In this document: positions 38,201 to 50,180 of the stretch, one piece after another | How positions within the stretch are numbered: the stretch's first letter is position 1 | Layout of the letters: each line of letters starts with the position of its first letter | NCBI GenBank assembly: GCA_024137785.1 | Contig: JAHRHZ010000283.1 | Span: forward strand, 38,444,876 to 38,508,875 | Reading direction: 5' to 3' | From: Ginglymostoma cirratum | Taxonomy: Eukaryota | Length of the DNA stretch: 64,000 bases | The notes under the pieces: generated by a model | Told to the model about the DNA's origin: nothing | The model's input: only the letters and a program-made list of their open reading frames with translations | Databases searched by the model: none | Program-made: the position numbers and the translations under genes

Positions 38201-39164
38201 AAGTTCCTCTTTCACACCACTAATTGAAGTACTACTATTTGGCTACTCAACTATCAATTAGCCCACCAAGTATGCACATTTAGAAATTATATATCAATGT
38301 GCTAATCATTTGTCTGATGATATCACTGACAATAATATCTAGAATCACAGCAACTTCAACTAATTTTATTTAATGAAATTTAGATCTTTTGATGTATTAA
38401 ATAATTACAATTCAAACATCAATAATCTTTAACATCTGGAAATTCCTCAGCTGTTTAAGTTTTCAATGCTGTTGGTCTCAGAAATACAAATGTAACAAAT
38501 ATATCTTTGAACACTTTTCAAGGGAAAGACAATGTGTTGGAAGTAGAGATTTATTCCCTTAAATTGTTTATGTTTGGGACAATAGTTTTTTTTTGAATGC
38601 TTTACTTTAGAAGACAGGTGGAGAGACAATTTGACATATAATGATCTTACAGGGAAATCCTAGGGAAAAGACATACAAAAATTGTTGGATCTATCTCACA
38701 CAGGAACTATTATCCTATGTGGAAACATAAACACAAAAACTAAAAAGACACAGATTTTATTGCACACAATAAGTTATTTTTTGTTTCTTCTGCTTTTCAT
38801 CTCATGGAGATAATGGTATGTGCTAGCCAGTTTTATGCAGTTCTTGGCTTTACTCAGCCTAGATAAGTTGTTCAACTGTTGAGGGGCTTCACAATCGATA
38901 GACACATCATGCACTTCTCTTGGGAATCATGATAAGATGATTGATAAGGAGCACAAATTCTAGCGACTGGTTTCCCCCTGAAACCCAGGAATATTCATCC
39001 TAACTGTAGTATTCCCAAACTGAAGCTCATGCGAGATTCAATAAATCAACAAACTGAATCATAAACCTTTCTGACTTTAAAGTATTTTGTTACAATCAAT
39101 ACGACGAATTATCACAATAAAGTAGTACCTTAAGAATCCAGTTAGTGCACAGACTTTATGTTTT

Positions 39165-39275
39165 TTAAATCAACCTGTTCAGGCATGTCATGACACACCC
39201 CTAGACCAGGTTGAACTTGAACAGAGGCCTCCTGGCTCAAAGGTAGGGACAATACCACTGCACCACACAAGCCCT
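39165..39275 (-). mobile_element. Short tRNA-derived SINE
   Basis: A box TGGTGCAGTGGT and B box GTTCAAGTTC; second copy on plus at about 42672-42790. Confidence 0.7.
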
Positions 39276-39316
39276 CTGCATAACTTACTCAAATACAGAG
39301 AGTAGTTAGGTCTCAC

Positions 39317-39418
39317 CTGAAACATGTCTGTGTCCTTGTCATGAGTATACTCTACCACCACAGTTTGGTTTCTGGATAGCGTATATGAGATGCTATGTTG
39401 CCCTTTACAACTGACTGC
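39317..39418 (-). CDS. PELI2: Pellino-2 internal coding exon (102 bp; equivalent to mammalian exon 3); not in the ORF track
   Basis: AVSCKGQHSISYTLSRNQTVVVEYTHDKDTDMFQ; acceptor tag at 39421-39419, donor gtgag from 39316; joins in frame to IGRSTE of the next exon. SCKGQ and HDKDTD are PELI2-type rather than PELI1-type residues. Confidence 0.96.
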
Positions 39419-39960
39419 CTATGAAGCATAAAATAAGAGAAGCACATTAATGCATTTCTTTAAACTTCCAACTGGCTTTCAACAGTACAGTAATTGTAAC
39501 AATAGTTAGCTACATCCCATGGCATTTTGTACACCAACTTACAAAAGATGGAAAATGTCTATAACAACGGTCAATCTTGTCTGTACAGACTAATTGTCAT
39601 TTTAAGGGATGCGTGCGTTGTTGGGTTTATTTAGTGCGGGTGTCTGGCGCACAGGGAGCTTGTGATGCATGTGTTGTTACCAATATCAACAGGGTGGAGG
39701 TAATATGAACAACAATAAAACTGGAGAATAAGGTGAGGCTGACAAAATAACTTGGCTGGAGAGACAGAACGAACCTGATTCGAAGAATGGTGATAGCAAA
39801 AGCTATTTATAGGCTGGAGTACGACATTTCAAGTAAAACAAAATCTTTTTATCTGAATCTTAGAGTATTGCAAATGAAGCTCGATGTCTTAGTGTACAGG
39901 ACAGGATAACTTATAGGTCAAATAATGAATATATTATTCACAAACCTTGTACATGATTTA

Positions 39961-40100
39961 GAAGAGATAGTAGGAACTGCCGATGCTGGAGAATCTGAGA
40001 TAGAGCCGAATGAACACAGCAGGCTAAGCAGTAAGTAGCTTTCCTGCTCCTCTGATGCTGCTTGGCCTGCTGTGTTCATCCAGCTCTACACCGTGTTATC
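39961..40100. mobile_element. 140-bp inverted PLE-tail hairpin insertion
   Basis: Perfect 10-bp TSD acatgattta (39951-39960 / 40101-40110); atgaacacagcaggc pairs with gcctgctgtgttcat. Confidence 0.88.
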
Positions 40101-41259
40101 ACATGATTTAAAATATGTTTTGTACTCGTTCTTCATGAAGCAGGTTTACGAAGGTATCAAATCTCTAGTAATTTCAGACTGCAACTAAAAATTGTTTTTA
40201 AATGTAGATTGTTTCAAAGATGACAAACTTGGGTACAAATTCTAAACAGTTTAAAGAAGATTCGGAGTACATAGGTTTAAATCAGAAATCAGTGATAATC
40301 ACATCTATCCCTCCACACTGAAATTACTACATCAGTAACACTTTTCTTCATGCCAATGTTCTCTTTCTCTAAAAGTACTTTCAATACCTCACAATGTGAC
40401 AATATATTCAAGGCTTGACAATCAACGGGTATAGGAAAGAATACCAAGACTAACCAAAATATTCTCTCATCCAATGTCCACATTTACACTTCCAACAGTT
40501 GGTAGTAGAACAGTTGGTTGGTAGAGAAGAGAATCCTGGCTAATTCAATTTCCCAGCTCCCTACCAAGTTGCTGGAAAACTGAGGAGGAATGTAAAGCTT
40601 CCCTTAGTACAATGGCCAATATCAACCTACCTAGCATGGAATCAAAATGAAATTTCAGCCTTTCTCTTCTGTGTGCCTCCACGACATATTAATTAAACTC
40701 AAAGGACTATATTTTATCAAAAATTGGCTAGATATCAGTTTTGTTAAGTCTCACGGGAGGTTTTTCGCCACAAGGCCAAGTAAGATTTTTCACTTGATCA
40801 TCCTAAACTTGCATCATTAACTCTGCTGTGACGCTTCTATGGCAAGTTCATGTCCAATGCTAGCTGGATTCTCCTACTCGCAGAGGTGGAGATATTCACC
40901 ACTGCCAGGATAACCTAGGATCCCTGGCACTGGTGCCATCTTTAAAAGGTTGTGGTGTCCTCAGTCAAGCACGGGCAGTCCAGAGTTGCCCTGTACATTT
41001 GGAGAGATTTGCCCAGGATATAGCAGACAATGGGCTATTGGTAGCCAGCCATTTGGCCAGGGACTTGGAGGTCTTGGTGGACAGGTACGCACTCAGTATG
41101 TCTGGGCCCTCGAGAGACAAATACTCTTAGGGCTGCCTGACAAAACCTCCAAGGTCAACAGGTTCAGCTGTAGGACAGACACCTTACATTCCCAGCTGCA
41201 GATCTCAGGGCAGCACAGAGACATGGTGGGAAAAAAGGAAAGGGCGCATTCTTTTTATA

Positions 41260-41885
41260 TGTCGAGAACTGAAGTGCAAGAAATTGCAGGAGTTATGCTG
41301 CTGTTATACAAAACCCCGGTTACAGCCCACTTGGAGTACTGTGAGCAGATCTGGGCATCACACTTTTGGAAGAATTTATTGGCCTTGGAGGGAATACAAT
41401 GTAGGTTTACAAGAATGATACCTAGATTTCAGGGGTTAAGTCATGAGGAGAGACTATACAAATTAGGTCTGTTTTCTCTATAACTTGGAAGTTAAGTGGT
41501 AATCTGATCAAAGTCTTCAAAGATATTAACAGGAAAAGACAGGATAGATAAAGATACACTATTTCCACTGGTTCGGGTTTCTAGAACTTGCAGGTACAGT
41601 CTAAGAATTAGGGCCAGATTGTTCAGAAGAAATGTTAGAAAGCATTTTTATACACAATAGGCGGTAGGATGTTTGGACCCCTCTTTCACAAATAGCAGCA
41701 GATGCTGGATCAGACCTTAAATTCAAATACAAGATAGATACATTTTTGTTAACAAAAAAAGGTATTAAGGGATATGGGCCAAAGGCAGGTATATGGAGTG
41801 AGGGCACAGATTAGCCATGATCTCACTGAATGATGGAACAGGCTTGAGGGCCTGAATGACCTACTTCTATTCGTATGTTCCTAAG
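41260..41885 (+). mobile_element. CR1 LINE 3' end
   Basis: LYKTPVTAHLEYCEQIWASH...ALEGIQCRFTRMIP...HEERLYKLGLFSL followed by the CR1 3' UTR. Confidence 0.88.
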
Positions 41886-41949
41886 CCACACAGTTAGCAC
41901 AGGTAACATGTCAATGTAAATAAGTTATCACATCTGTAAATATATAAAG

Positions 41950-42270
41950 TCATAGAGATGTACAGCACAGAAACAGACCCGTCGGTCCAGCTCATCCATG
42001 CCGATCAGATATACTGAATAAAAATAGTCCCATTTCCAGCATTTGGCCCTTATCCCTCTAAACACTTCCTATTCATATACCCATCCAGATGTCTTTTAAA
42101 TGTTATATTATACCAGCCTCCACCACCTCCTCTGGCAGGTCATTCCATACACGCACCACCCTCTGCGTGAAAAGTTGCCCCTTAGGTCCCTTTGAAAAGA
42201 TTCCCTTCTCACCTTAAGCTTATGCCCTCTAGTTTTAAACTCCCCCACCCCATGGAAAAAGACCTTGTCT
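41950..42270 (-). mobile_element. HER1/CR1 3' UTR fragment
   Basis: Homologous to 10540-10850 and, in reverse, to 59250-59565. Confidence 0.85.
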
Positions 42271-42671
42271 ATTTGTATGTTCACTTTTCCTCATCAGCTG
42301 CACATGCAACTGTGTTTCTCAATGCAATTACAACATTTAAGGGACACAGCCAAGTCATTCTTAGGGCTGCATAATGTTTGATGGCCCAGAATATGAAATC
42401 AGCAGTCCCTGCACTATGTGCAGGCTATGGGTAAATTGCAAGTACCTGTTACTTTTGCAAATGGCTAACTGGGTCAGCCTGTCCAGATAGCCAAACATTG
42501 CTATTGCATCTCAAGAATGTGTGATTAATTCATAATATTGCACTGATATGGTCAACAGTACGAGCAGCAAGGCTTTGTACTTCACACAGTAAGTTAAACC
42601 CCAAGGTTTGCATAGTGTGTATTGGTCACAGGTGCCTTTCAGTTGGTACTCTATGGGTGTCCGTCTAATGC

Positions 42672-42790
42672 TAGGGCCCTCTTATGCCACAGTGATAGTG
42701 TCCCTACCCCTGGACAAGGAGACCCAGGTTCAAGTTCTACCTGACTCAGAGGTGTGTAATAACATCCGATTAGAAAAACAGCTTATAACA
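42672..42790 (+). mobile_element. Short tRNA-derived SINE
   Basis: cagtgatagtgtccctacc...ccaggttcaagttctacctg; homologous to 39165-39275. Confidence 0.65.
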
Positions 42791-45125
42791 AAAAGTCTGT
42801 CTAATGCTGTTCCCCTTTAAGGGCCTCACATTGAAATTTAAACCCCCTCCCTGACAGAAACTACACTTAACTTACCCAATCTGGGAGCAGTCACAGCTAT
42901 TTGCATCTCTCTTGAACAACTGTTATTTACAGCACAATGGAAGGCAACAGCGGTCAGTTTCACGGCAGTGAATCTCAGGCTCAGCCTCTTATTTTTGGTG
43001 AAAAGTAAACATTCTCATCTTGTTATCCTCTCCCATCAATCCCATAGGTTGTTAAATTCCCCAAACTCCACTTTACCCATTTATTTAAATCTTCATCTGT
43101 TTACTTTACCCCAGGCTTACCCAGTAAATATACCTCCATTTAGTAGTTCACTGACCCCCATCAAAACCAGGGTGCTGTGATTGTCAAACGGCCTTGCATT
43201 CCCTCATTCCCGTCAAAAAAAAATTAATCAAACTATACAGATATGTTATCACATATCTCTCAAGCCGGTGGTATTTGAACCCAGGTCTCATCTTCCCCAT
43301 CTTGCACATTGAGTTTCTCCCCTTCACCACTGTAATCCCCTCCACACCCCAGCATTCTGGCTCCAATCCCCACAACCAAGTTCCCCAGGCTCCCTCCTGC
43401 GTTCCAATGATTCCTTGGACCAGTTACACTGGAACCACAGGGCTGACTGTGGTCTTTCTCCCCAAACTATAGATGTACAGACCACTGACCCTGACTACCC
43501 CAAGCAGCCAAGTGATCATATCTAAACCCTTGAATTGGTATTAGAGACTGCCCTGGACTTACTATGCCAGCCCTCATGCTTGAAGAATGTCTCCCTGGAA
43601 TTGACCAAGGACTACTCCCCTTAAATTCTGAGACATGACTGTTTGCTTGAAGCACAAGCAGTGCTTTTAGTGCATACATACCTGGCATGTGGTGCAGGTA
43701 TGAGATTGTCAGAGTACTGTGCCATTCAGCAAATGACATTCAGCCCCTTTGACTGATGACTGCTGACTGCTGACAATCATGACAAACCCTCGGACATTTT
43801 TGTCTGCGCTAGACAGTAAGGAAAGATAGTAGTAATGGTGAGTCTTTAAATTCGGGTCAATGACTGAGGCACACAATGGCAAGGCAAAGCAAAGCAAGAA
43901 CGTTGTAAGCATTCAGGTAGACACAAAATGCGTAAGCAGTATGATAGCAAACCAGGCGTCCTTTAATGAAACTTGATACAGTCCATGAGCTGGGTGCCCG
44001 TCCAAGCGCACACTGTTTTCTTTTAGTAGCATTCCAATCAGAGGTGCCACTGTGCTCCAAAGTACAGTATTAAAGTGCTGAAGCATACTGCAAGTGAATC
44101 AGAGGTATGCCAAAATGATGCAGCGAGGCTGGGTCATGTCAGATGTCAAGATCCATGAATGTGGAATATGTATGGCCACTGCTCATGGAGTGTGCCCTGA
44201 AATATTGGTGCCAAGTGTCCAAGATCATCATCTGGAGGAACAAGTGGTGACCTAAAGTAATCAAGTATTCACCCAAATTTCCATGTCAATGATTGCAAGT
44301 GGTTAGTTTCTCCACCAGCAGGTGCAGAATGGCAACCTGTACATTAATGGAGTGAGATTAGGTATTAAAGACGATGGTGATGAACAATAATCCCTGGTAA
44401 CAGGCCTCTTGCTGTTCACTAGTGAGAAGCTCATCTTGACATACTTTTTGAAAAAAAGTTTGAAATTCCTATATTTTCTATGATCTAGATGTTTTAATGT
44501 TTTAATTATGGAGATCAAAATCACCAAAACTACTATCAGTTTTTTTTTAAAAAAGGCTAGCATGAATTTTAAGGGTTTTTAAAAAATAAAATCAGCAAAT
44601 AAGAATTTCACCCCAGTTACTTTTCACCTTTATCTAAATAAACTTAAGATCAGATACTAGGACAAAATTATTAAAATTCAGTTTTCAAGCTTTGGAGTAC
44701 ATTAGCTTATAGGATTAAGGAGATTTTCAGTGCGCAATAAGAGTCAGTAACCTGCACTTCTGAAATTCTCAGGTCACTGGCTGACTAATGATTCAGTGCT
44801 GTATTATAAAAGGTAACTTAAGCAAATATTAATTCCAACAGGTGTGCTATTTGGCATTTAACTAAACTTTAAATAGTTTGATGGTTGAAACTTTTAGTAT
44901 GTGCCTTGGGAAGCAGCATTCTATCTGTGAAGCCCAAGATCACAGTAGCACTGAACTTATTTATAATCCTTTTAAACCTCAACTGAGAACATGTGTGGCA
45001 TCTTCCAATCATAAGTCCACAACTACATTCAAGATTTCACCGATGCCCTTTGCAAAACGTGAAGTTGACCCAGTTGACCATGGGCCTGTGGTCAGCCAAG
45101 CTTTCTGAGCTGTGGGATTGCAACC

Positions 45126-45460
45126 CTTGCTGGGTTTCCTTAGGTAGACAGGGTGATCGATTGCAAACATGTGGCACACAGAGCTCTATAACAACATCCA
45201 GCTAAGTTCCTGAACAGGGACGGATTTCATTCCTTGCATATCCAGCTTGTTTGGGACCACAAGCAACAGTTTCTTTAGGTGTGCATCTGCTAATCAGGAA
45301 CTGTCACATGCTCACATTCTGCACAACTCACAAGTTTCTCGAATGTTCACTCTCCTACATCATCTCCAGAACTGGCTTGTGGTTAACAAGGAGTAACAAA
45401 AGAAAGCATGGCTAATGATCATATTGCACAAACTTCAGACTGAAGCCAAACAGCTACCCA
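45126..45460 (+). pseudogene. Harbinger (HARBI1-like) DDE transposase fragment
   Basis: LAGFP*VDRVIDCKHVAHRAL*QHPAKFLNRDGFHSLHIQLVWDHKQQFL*VC...WLVVNKE*...WLM, matching GFP.V.G.IDCTHV / NRKGFHS / WL.GDKGY; several stops. Confidence 0.85.
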
Positions 45461-47019
45461 CTAGGGCCATATGATTAACATATAAGAGATCTATTTGGCA
45501 TTAAGTTAAACATTGAGTAGTTTTACTGGTAGAAACTTACAGCATGATTTTTGTTCCAATTGACTTACTGGCCTGTTTTATTGCTTTACACAGTTCTTTA
45601 GCAAATAGTTCCATTTCTTTAAAGTTAAGTATACTCTAATCAAATATAAACAATTCATTATCAAGTCGCACCTGTGCTGCTTGAAGAAAATCATGGGTGA
45701 ATTAGAAAATCACTTTCAATGTTCACCAAATTTTTTTTTGCAGAAATAATTTTATCTTCACTCAACAGCTTTCCATCGAGTTCAAGTGACATGTGGTCAT
45801 GACGTGCAAATTAACAGGTAGCTTAATTACCACAATTACACTATGAGGACTATTAAGAGGTGGACATACAATTAATCATTTTGACAGCTTTTTTTAAAAA
45901 GAACTTCTTAGCTTTGAAACTTATGAAATATTGCAAGATCATTGAAGAAAAATATTTCTATTGACAGTGCACTTAAACCTGGAATGAGCAAAAATAACTC
46001 TGTAAAGCAAATTCCAAAACCAAACAAAATAGTCCAGTAATGAAACTAATTAGTGATTCAATTGCAAATATTAGCCCTGATCTTGATTTGAATGTTCCCC
46101 TAAGTTGACCAGTGCTCTGCATTTCTTGGCAGGTCTTCCAAGTGTGGCTTTCCCAGAGATACAGAGAGCAGTGTTCCTCAAGAGAGCTCCTTCGCAACAT
46201 CTGAGAGAAGGCAATGACACACATTCTTTTTATGGTAAAGATGCCACATTGTACATTCAAAGGTCCAGTGTGAATGTTAGTGAATGGAAGTATGCTTATG
46301 AATAGGCAGAGTGGTAACGTGGGTAGAATGAGTGAGTCAGCAGATACATGAGAGGACAGGTGGTGGGCAGTGGGGTAGTAGTTGGGTGTGGAAGGTAGTT
46401 GAGTGCTGGTGGGAGGGTTTAATCTGCTGATTAGAGTGATTGGAGAATCAATTCTGGAGTTGCTCAGGAATTAGACTAGGCCTTTCTGTCTACTGTTCTG
46501 GGTTAGGAGACCCACAGATCTGACCAAAATCTCCAACAATAACTCAGAGTCAGAAACTTTCACAGGGGAATCCTCAATCAGTTGACATTTCTCAGCTAAT
46601 TTCCTCAGAGGTTAACACAAAAGGCTTTCTCCTGATTTCTGAGGCTCATCTCTGATCATATATACGACGATCCAGAACTGAGTGTAAGACTTAGGCTGTT
46701 GTATACCTCAATTCTGGAACAAGCACTGCACTGAATGTCAGTTTTGGAATTATTGAATTCAATTGTTTGGTGTTGACCAAAATACTCTAAATTGCTATTT
46801 ATTAACAAATTGACTGTAGTGGTTCAGCAAGGCAGTTCACTACACCTTCTCGAGGGCATCTAGGGACAAGCAATAAATGCTGGCCCAGTGAGCATTGCCC
46901 ATGTCCCGCGAGTGAATTTAAACCAAACATTAATTTGTTACACTGTCAAAACAATTCAGAATATAGATCATTTATAATTTAGACAACAAAGATACTTCAA
47001 ATGAGACATATTTAGATAT

Positions 47020-47101
47020 TACAAAAACAGAAATTGCTGGATCTGCAGATCTGGCAGCATCTGAGAAAAGAAAACAGAGTTAACGTTTCCAGTTAGAACT
47101 T
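47020..47101 (-). mobile_element. Short PLE pseudo-LTR fragment with partial hammerhead remnant
   Basis: Minus strand gaaacgttaactctgttttcttttctcagatgctgccaga...ccagcaatttctgtttttgt, same family as 1879-1977. Confidence 0.7.
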
Positions 47102-47329
47102 CAACAACATTACATAAATGAGATATAAATGCTTTCAGTTTCCTGTCACCATCACTCCCACAACTCATTCGTTATCAACAGAAATGGCGTCAGGCCGGTT
47201 TTGCTTAGGATCCTTGTGCAGCCCTCCAGCTACCACCAGAAAACCAGGTTTTTTTTCCAAATGCTTGCAATCCATCAGTCACCTTTACGATAGAATTCAA
47301 AGAAGGAGTACAATAAATTCCACAGAAAT

Positions 47330-48050
47330 CAAATGAATGCCTTTTTCACCACCTTACTAACATGCCCTTCTGCCTTCAGGGACCTATGGCCAAACGTGTC
47401 AAGGTCCCATTGTTCCACAGAACTACCTAGTGTCATGCTGTACATCGAATATTTCCTTGTCAAGTTACTTCTTCTACGTTGCATCACCTCACACTTTTCC
47501 GGGTTAACTTCCATCTGCAACTTACCTGCCCATTTAACCATCCCATTTATTATAATTACTTGTACCCCAAGATCAACCTCACTGTTAATCACCAACCAAT
47601 CATTGTGCTATCTACAAACTTACTAATTTAACCTCACATTCAGTCACCTACGTCAGTTATATAAATATGAACAACAGGAGATCCAGCACAGATCCCCGTG
47701 GTACACCACTGGACACTGGCTTCCAATCACTAAACCTGCCTGCTGTAACCACCCTCTGTCTCCTACAGTTGAATCAATTTTGAATCCACTTTTTCAAATG
47801 ACCCTGTATCCCACATACATTTACCTTCTTGATACCTTCTATGTGGGGCCTGGTCAAAGGCTTTGCTGAAATCCACGCAAACTACATCAACTGCACAAAC
47901 CTCACTTACACATCTGGCTACCTCCTCAAAAAATACAATCAAATTTTTTTAGGCATGACCTTCCTCTGACAAAGCCACACTGACTATCCCCGATCAAGCC
48001 TTACCTCTCCTCCGAATTTTCTCCAATAATTTCCCTACCACTGATATTTA
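47330..48050 (-). mobile_element. CR1 LINE RT fragment
   Basis: MVKWAGKLQMEVNPEKCEVM; DFSKAFD-type motif near 47850-47880. Confidence 0.85.
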
Positions 48051-48079
48051 TTAATGACCATCCCTTCACCATTGTAATC

Positions 48080-48900
48080 CTCAGATGCTGAAGGTCCGTG
48101 TTCACATGCAACAAAATCTGGACTATATCCAGCTTAGGCTGAAAAGTGGCAAGAAATGTTCGTACCTCACAAATGCCAGGCAAGGCCATCTTCTAAAAAA
48201 GAGACAGACAATCTGTCCCTTGACATTCAATGGTATTATCAACACTGAATCCCCTACAAATCAGCAACCTGGGGTTACCATTGAGCAGAAACTTTATATT
48301 TATATGGCAAGTCTGGTAGTGGCTATAACAGCACATCACAGGCTAGGAATACTGCAACAAGTAACTGCGGTCCTGACTCCTCACTGCATGTCCACCATCT
48401 ACAAGGCTCAAGTCAGGGCTGTGATGAAATATCCCTCACTTGCATGGAAGTATGCAACTCCAAAAACTCTCAAGAAGCTTGACACCATATAGGACAAAGC
48501 AGCCCGCTTGATTGCCACTACATCAACTCCATCCACCATTAACACTCATTAGCAATGGTGTGTACCATCTACAAAATGTACTGCAGAAATTCACCAAAGA
48601 TACTCAGACAGCACCTTCCAAATCCATAACCACTTCCATCTAGAAGAATAAGGACAGCAGATACATGAACACGATGTGAAAACTTCCCTCCAAGCCACTC
48701 ACTATCCTGACTTAAAAACATATTGCTGTTACTTCACTGTTGCTAGAATTCCTTGAGGGCATCATGTATCAACCTACAGCACATGGACTGCAGTAGTTCA
48801 AGAAGACAGCTCACTACCACCTTCTCAAGGGCAACTAGGGGCGAGGAACAAGTGCTAGCCAGCCAGTGATGCCCACGTCCGACAAGTGAATAAAAAAGGT
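48080..48900 (+). mobile_element. CR1-clade LINE 3' end
   Basis: HMQQNLDYIQ...STIYKAQVRAVMKYPSLAW; tail caagggcaactaggg...gccagccagtgatgcccac...gaataaaaaa. Confidence 0.85.
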
Positions 48901-49409
48901 GGACCATAAAACCTATACTAATTAAATGAAAAGCTGCAAAATGCAATGGAATTTCTGCCTAGCTTTGAATAAGGTTCTGTGAACTTTAAATACAATCATT
49001 TCCATTAACCCAAACTTTCTCCAGATGTCAGTTTACAAATAACATATCTCTTAGAATCAATCACAGGTTTGCATACAAACATGAAGATCTGTATGATATT
49101 ATTCCATAAATATACTTAGCAAAAATGCTCCTAATACATAATATTTGTAGCTTTTCTTCTTTTGCACAATACTAGTACCTACATTCCTATTGTCTATATA
49201 AGCTGTAAATTTCCATTGCAATCCAAGTGTCTATCACACTCTGCTGTATAATTTATAATAAATTGTTGTAAGTTTATTTGATTTTGTTTCAGAGGCAGAG
49301 TAATGAAAAACATTCTGCATCTTGGCAGTTGTAGCATAAGGAAAATAGACATTTGTTTAGACGCCTTCCAAGTTCAAAAGTTACAATAGTTGCATGAGCA
49401 ATACAGCGT

Positions 49410-50180
49410 AGAGTCATAAAGGCATACATCACGGAAACAGACACTTCAACAATCAATCAATCCATACCAAACATAATCCCAAACTAGACTAGTCCCACTT
49501 GCTTGCTCCTGGCTCATATTCCTCCAAACTGTTCATATTCATACATCCATCCAAATGTCTTTTAAACGTAAATGTATCTGCATCCACCACTTCATCAGGA
49601 AGTTCATTCCACACACGAACCACCTTCTATGTAAAACAAAAATTGCCTCATCTTTTTTAAATCTCTATCCCCTCACCTTAAAAATGTGCCCCCTGGTCTT
49701 GAAATTCCCCAACTTCAGGAAAAGACAACTACCATTAACTCGATCTATACCTCTCATTATTTTATAAACTTCTATCAGGTCACCTCTCAACCTCCTACGC
49801 TCCAATGAAAAATGTCCAAGCCTATCCTGCCTTTCAACTCAAACCTTCCATACCTGGCAACATGCTGAAAAATCTCTTCTGAACTCTCTCCAGCTTGATA
49901 ATATCCTTCCTATAACAGGGCAACCGGAACTGGACACTGTATTCAGAAGAGGCCTCACCAATGTCCTATACAACCTCAGCATAACGTCCCAACTCCTATA
50001 CTCAAAGGACTGGGCAATGAAGGCAAGCATGCCAAACGCCTTTTTAACCACCCTGTCTATATGTGACACAAACCTTAAAGAATTACGTCCCTGCACCCCT
50101 AGGTGTCTCTGTCCTACAACACTACCCAAGGCCCTACCATGAACTGTATAAGCCCTATCCTTGTTTGTCGTACTGAAATG
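49410..50180 (-). mobile_element. HER1/CR1 LINE 3' end
   Basis: HIDRVVKKAFGMLAFIAQSFEYRSWDVMLRLYRTLVRPLL. Confidence 0.9.
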
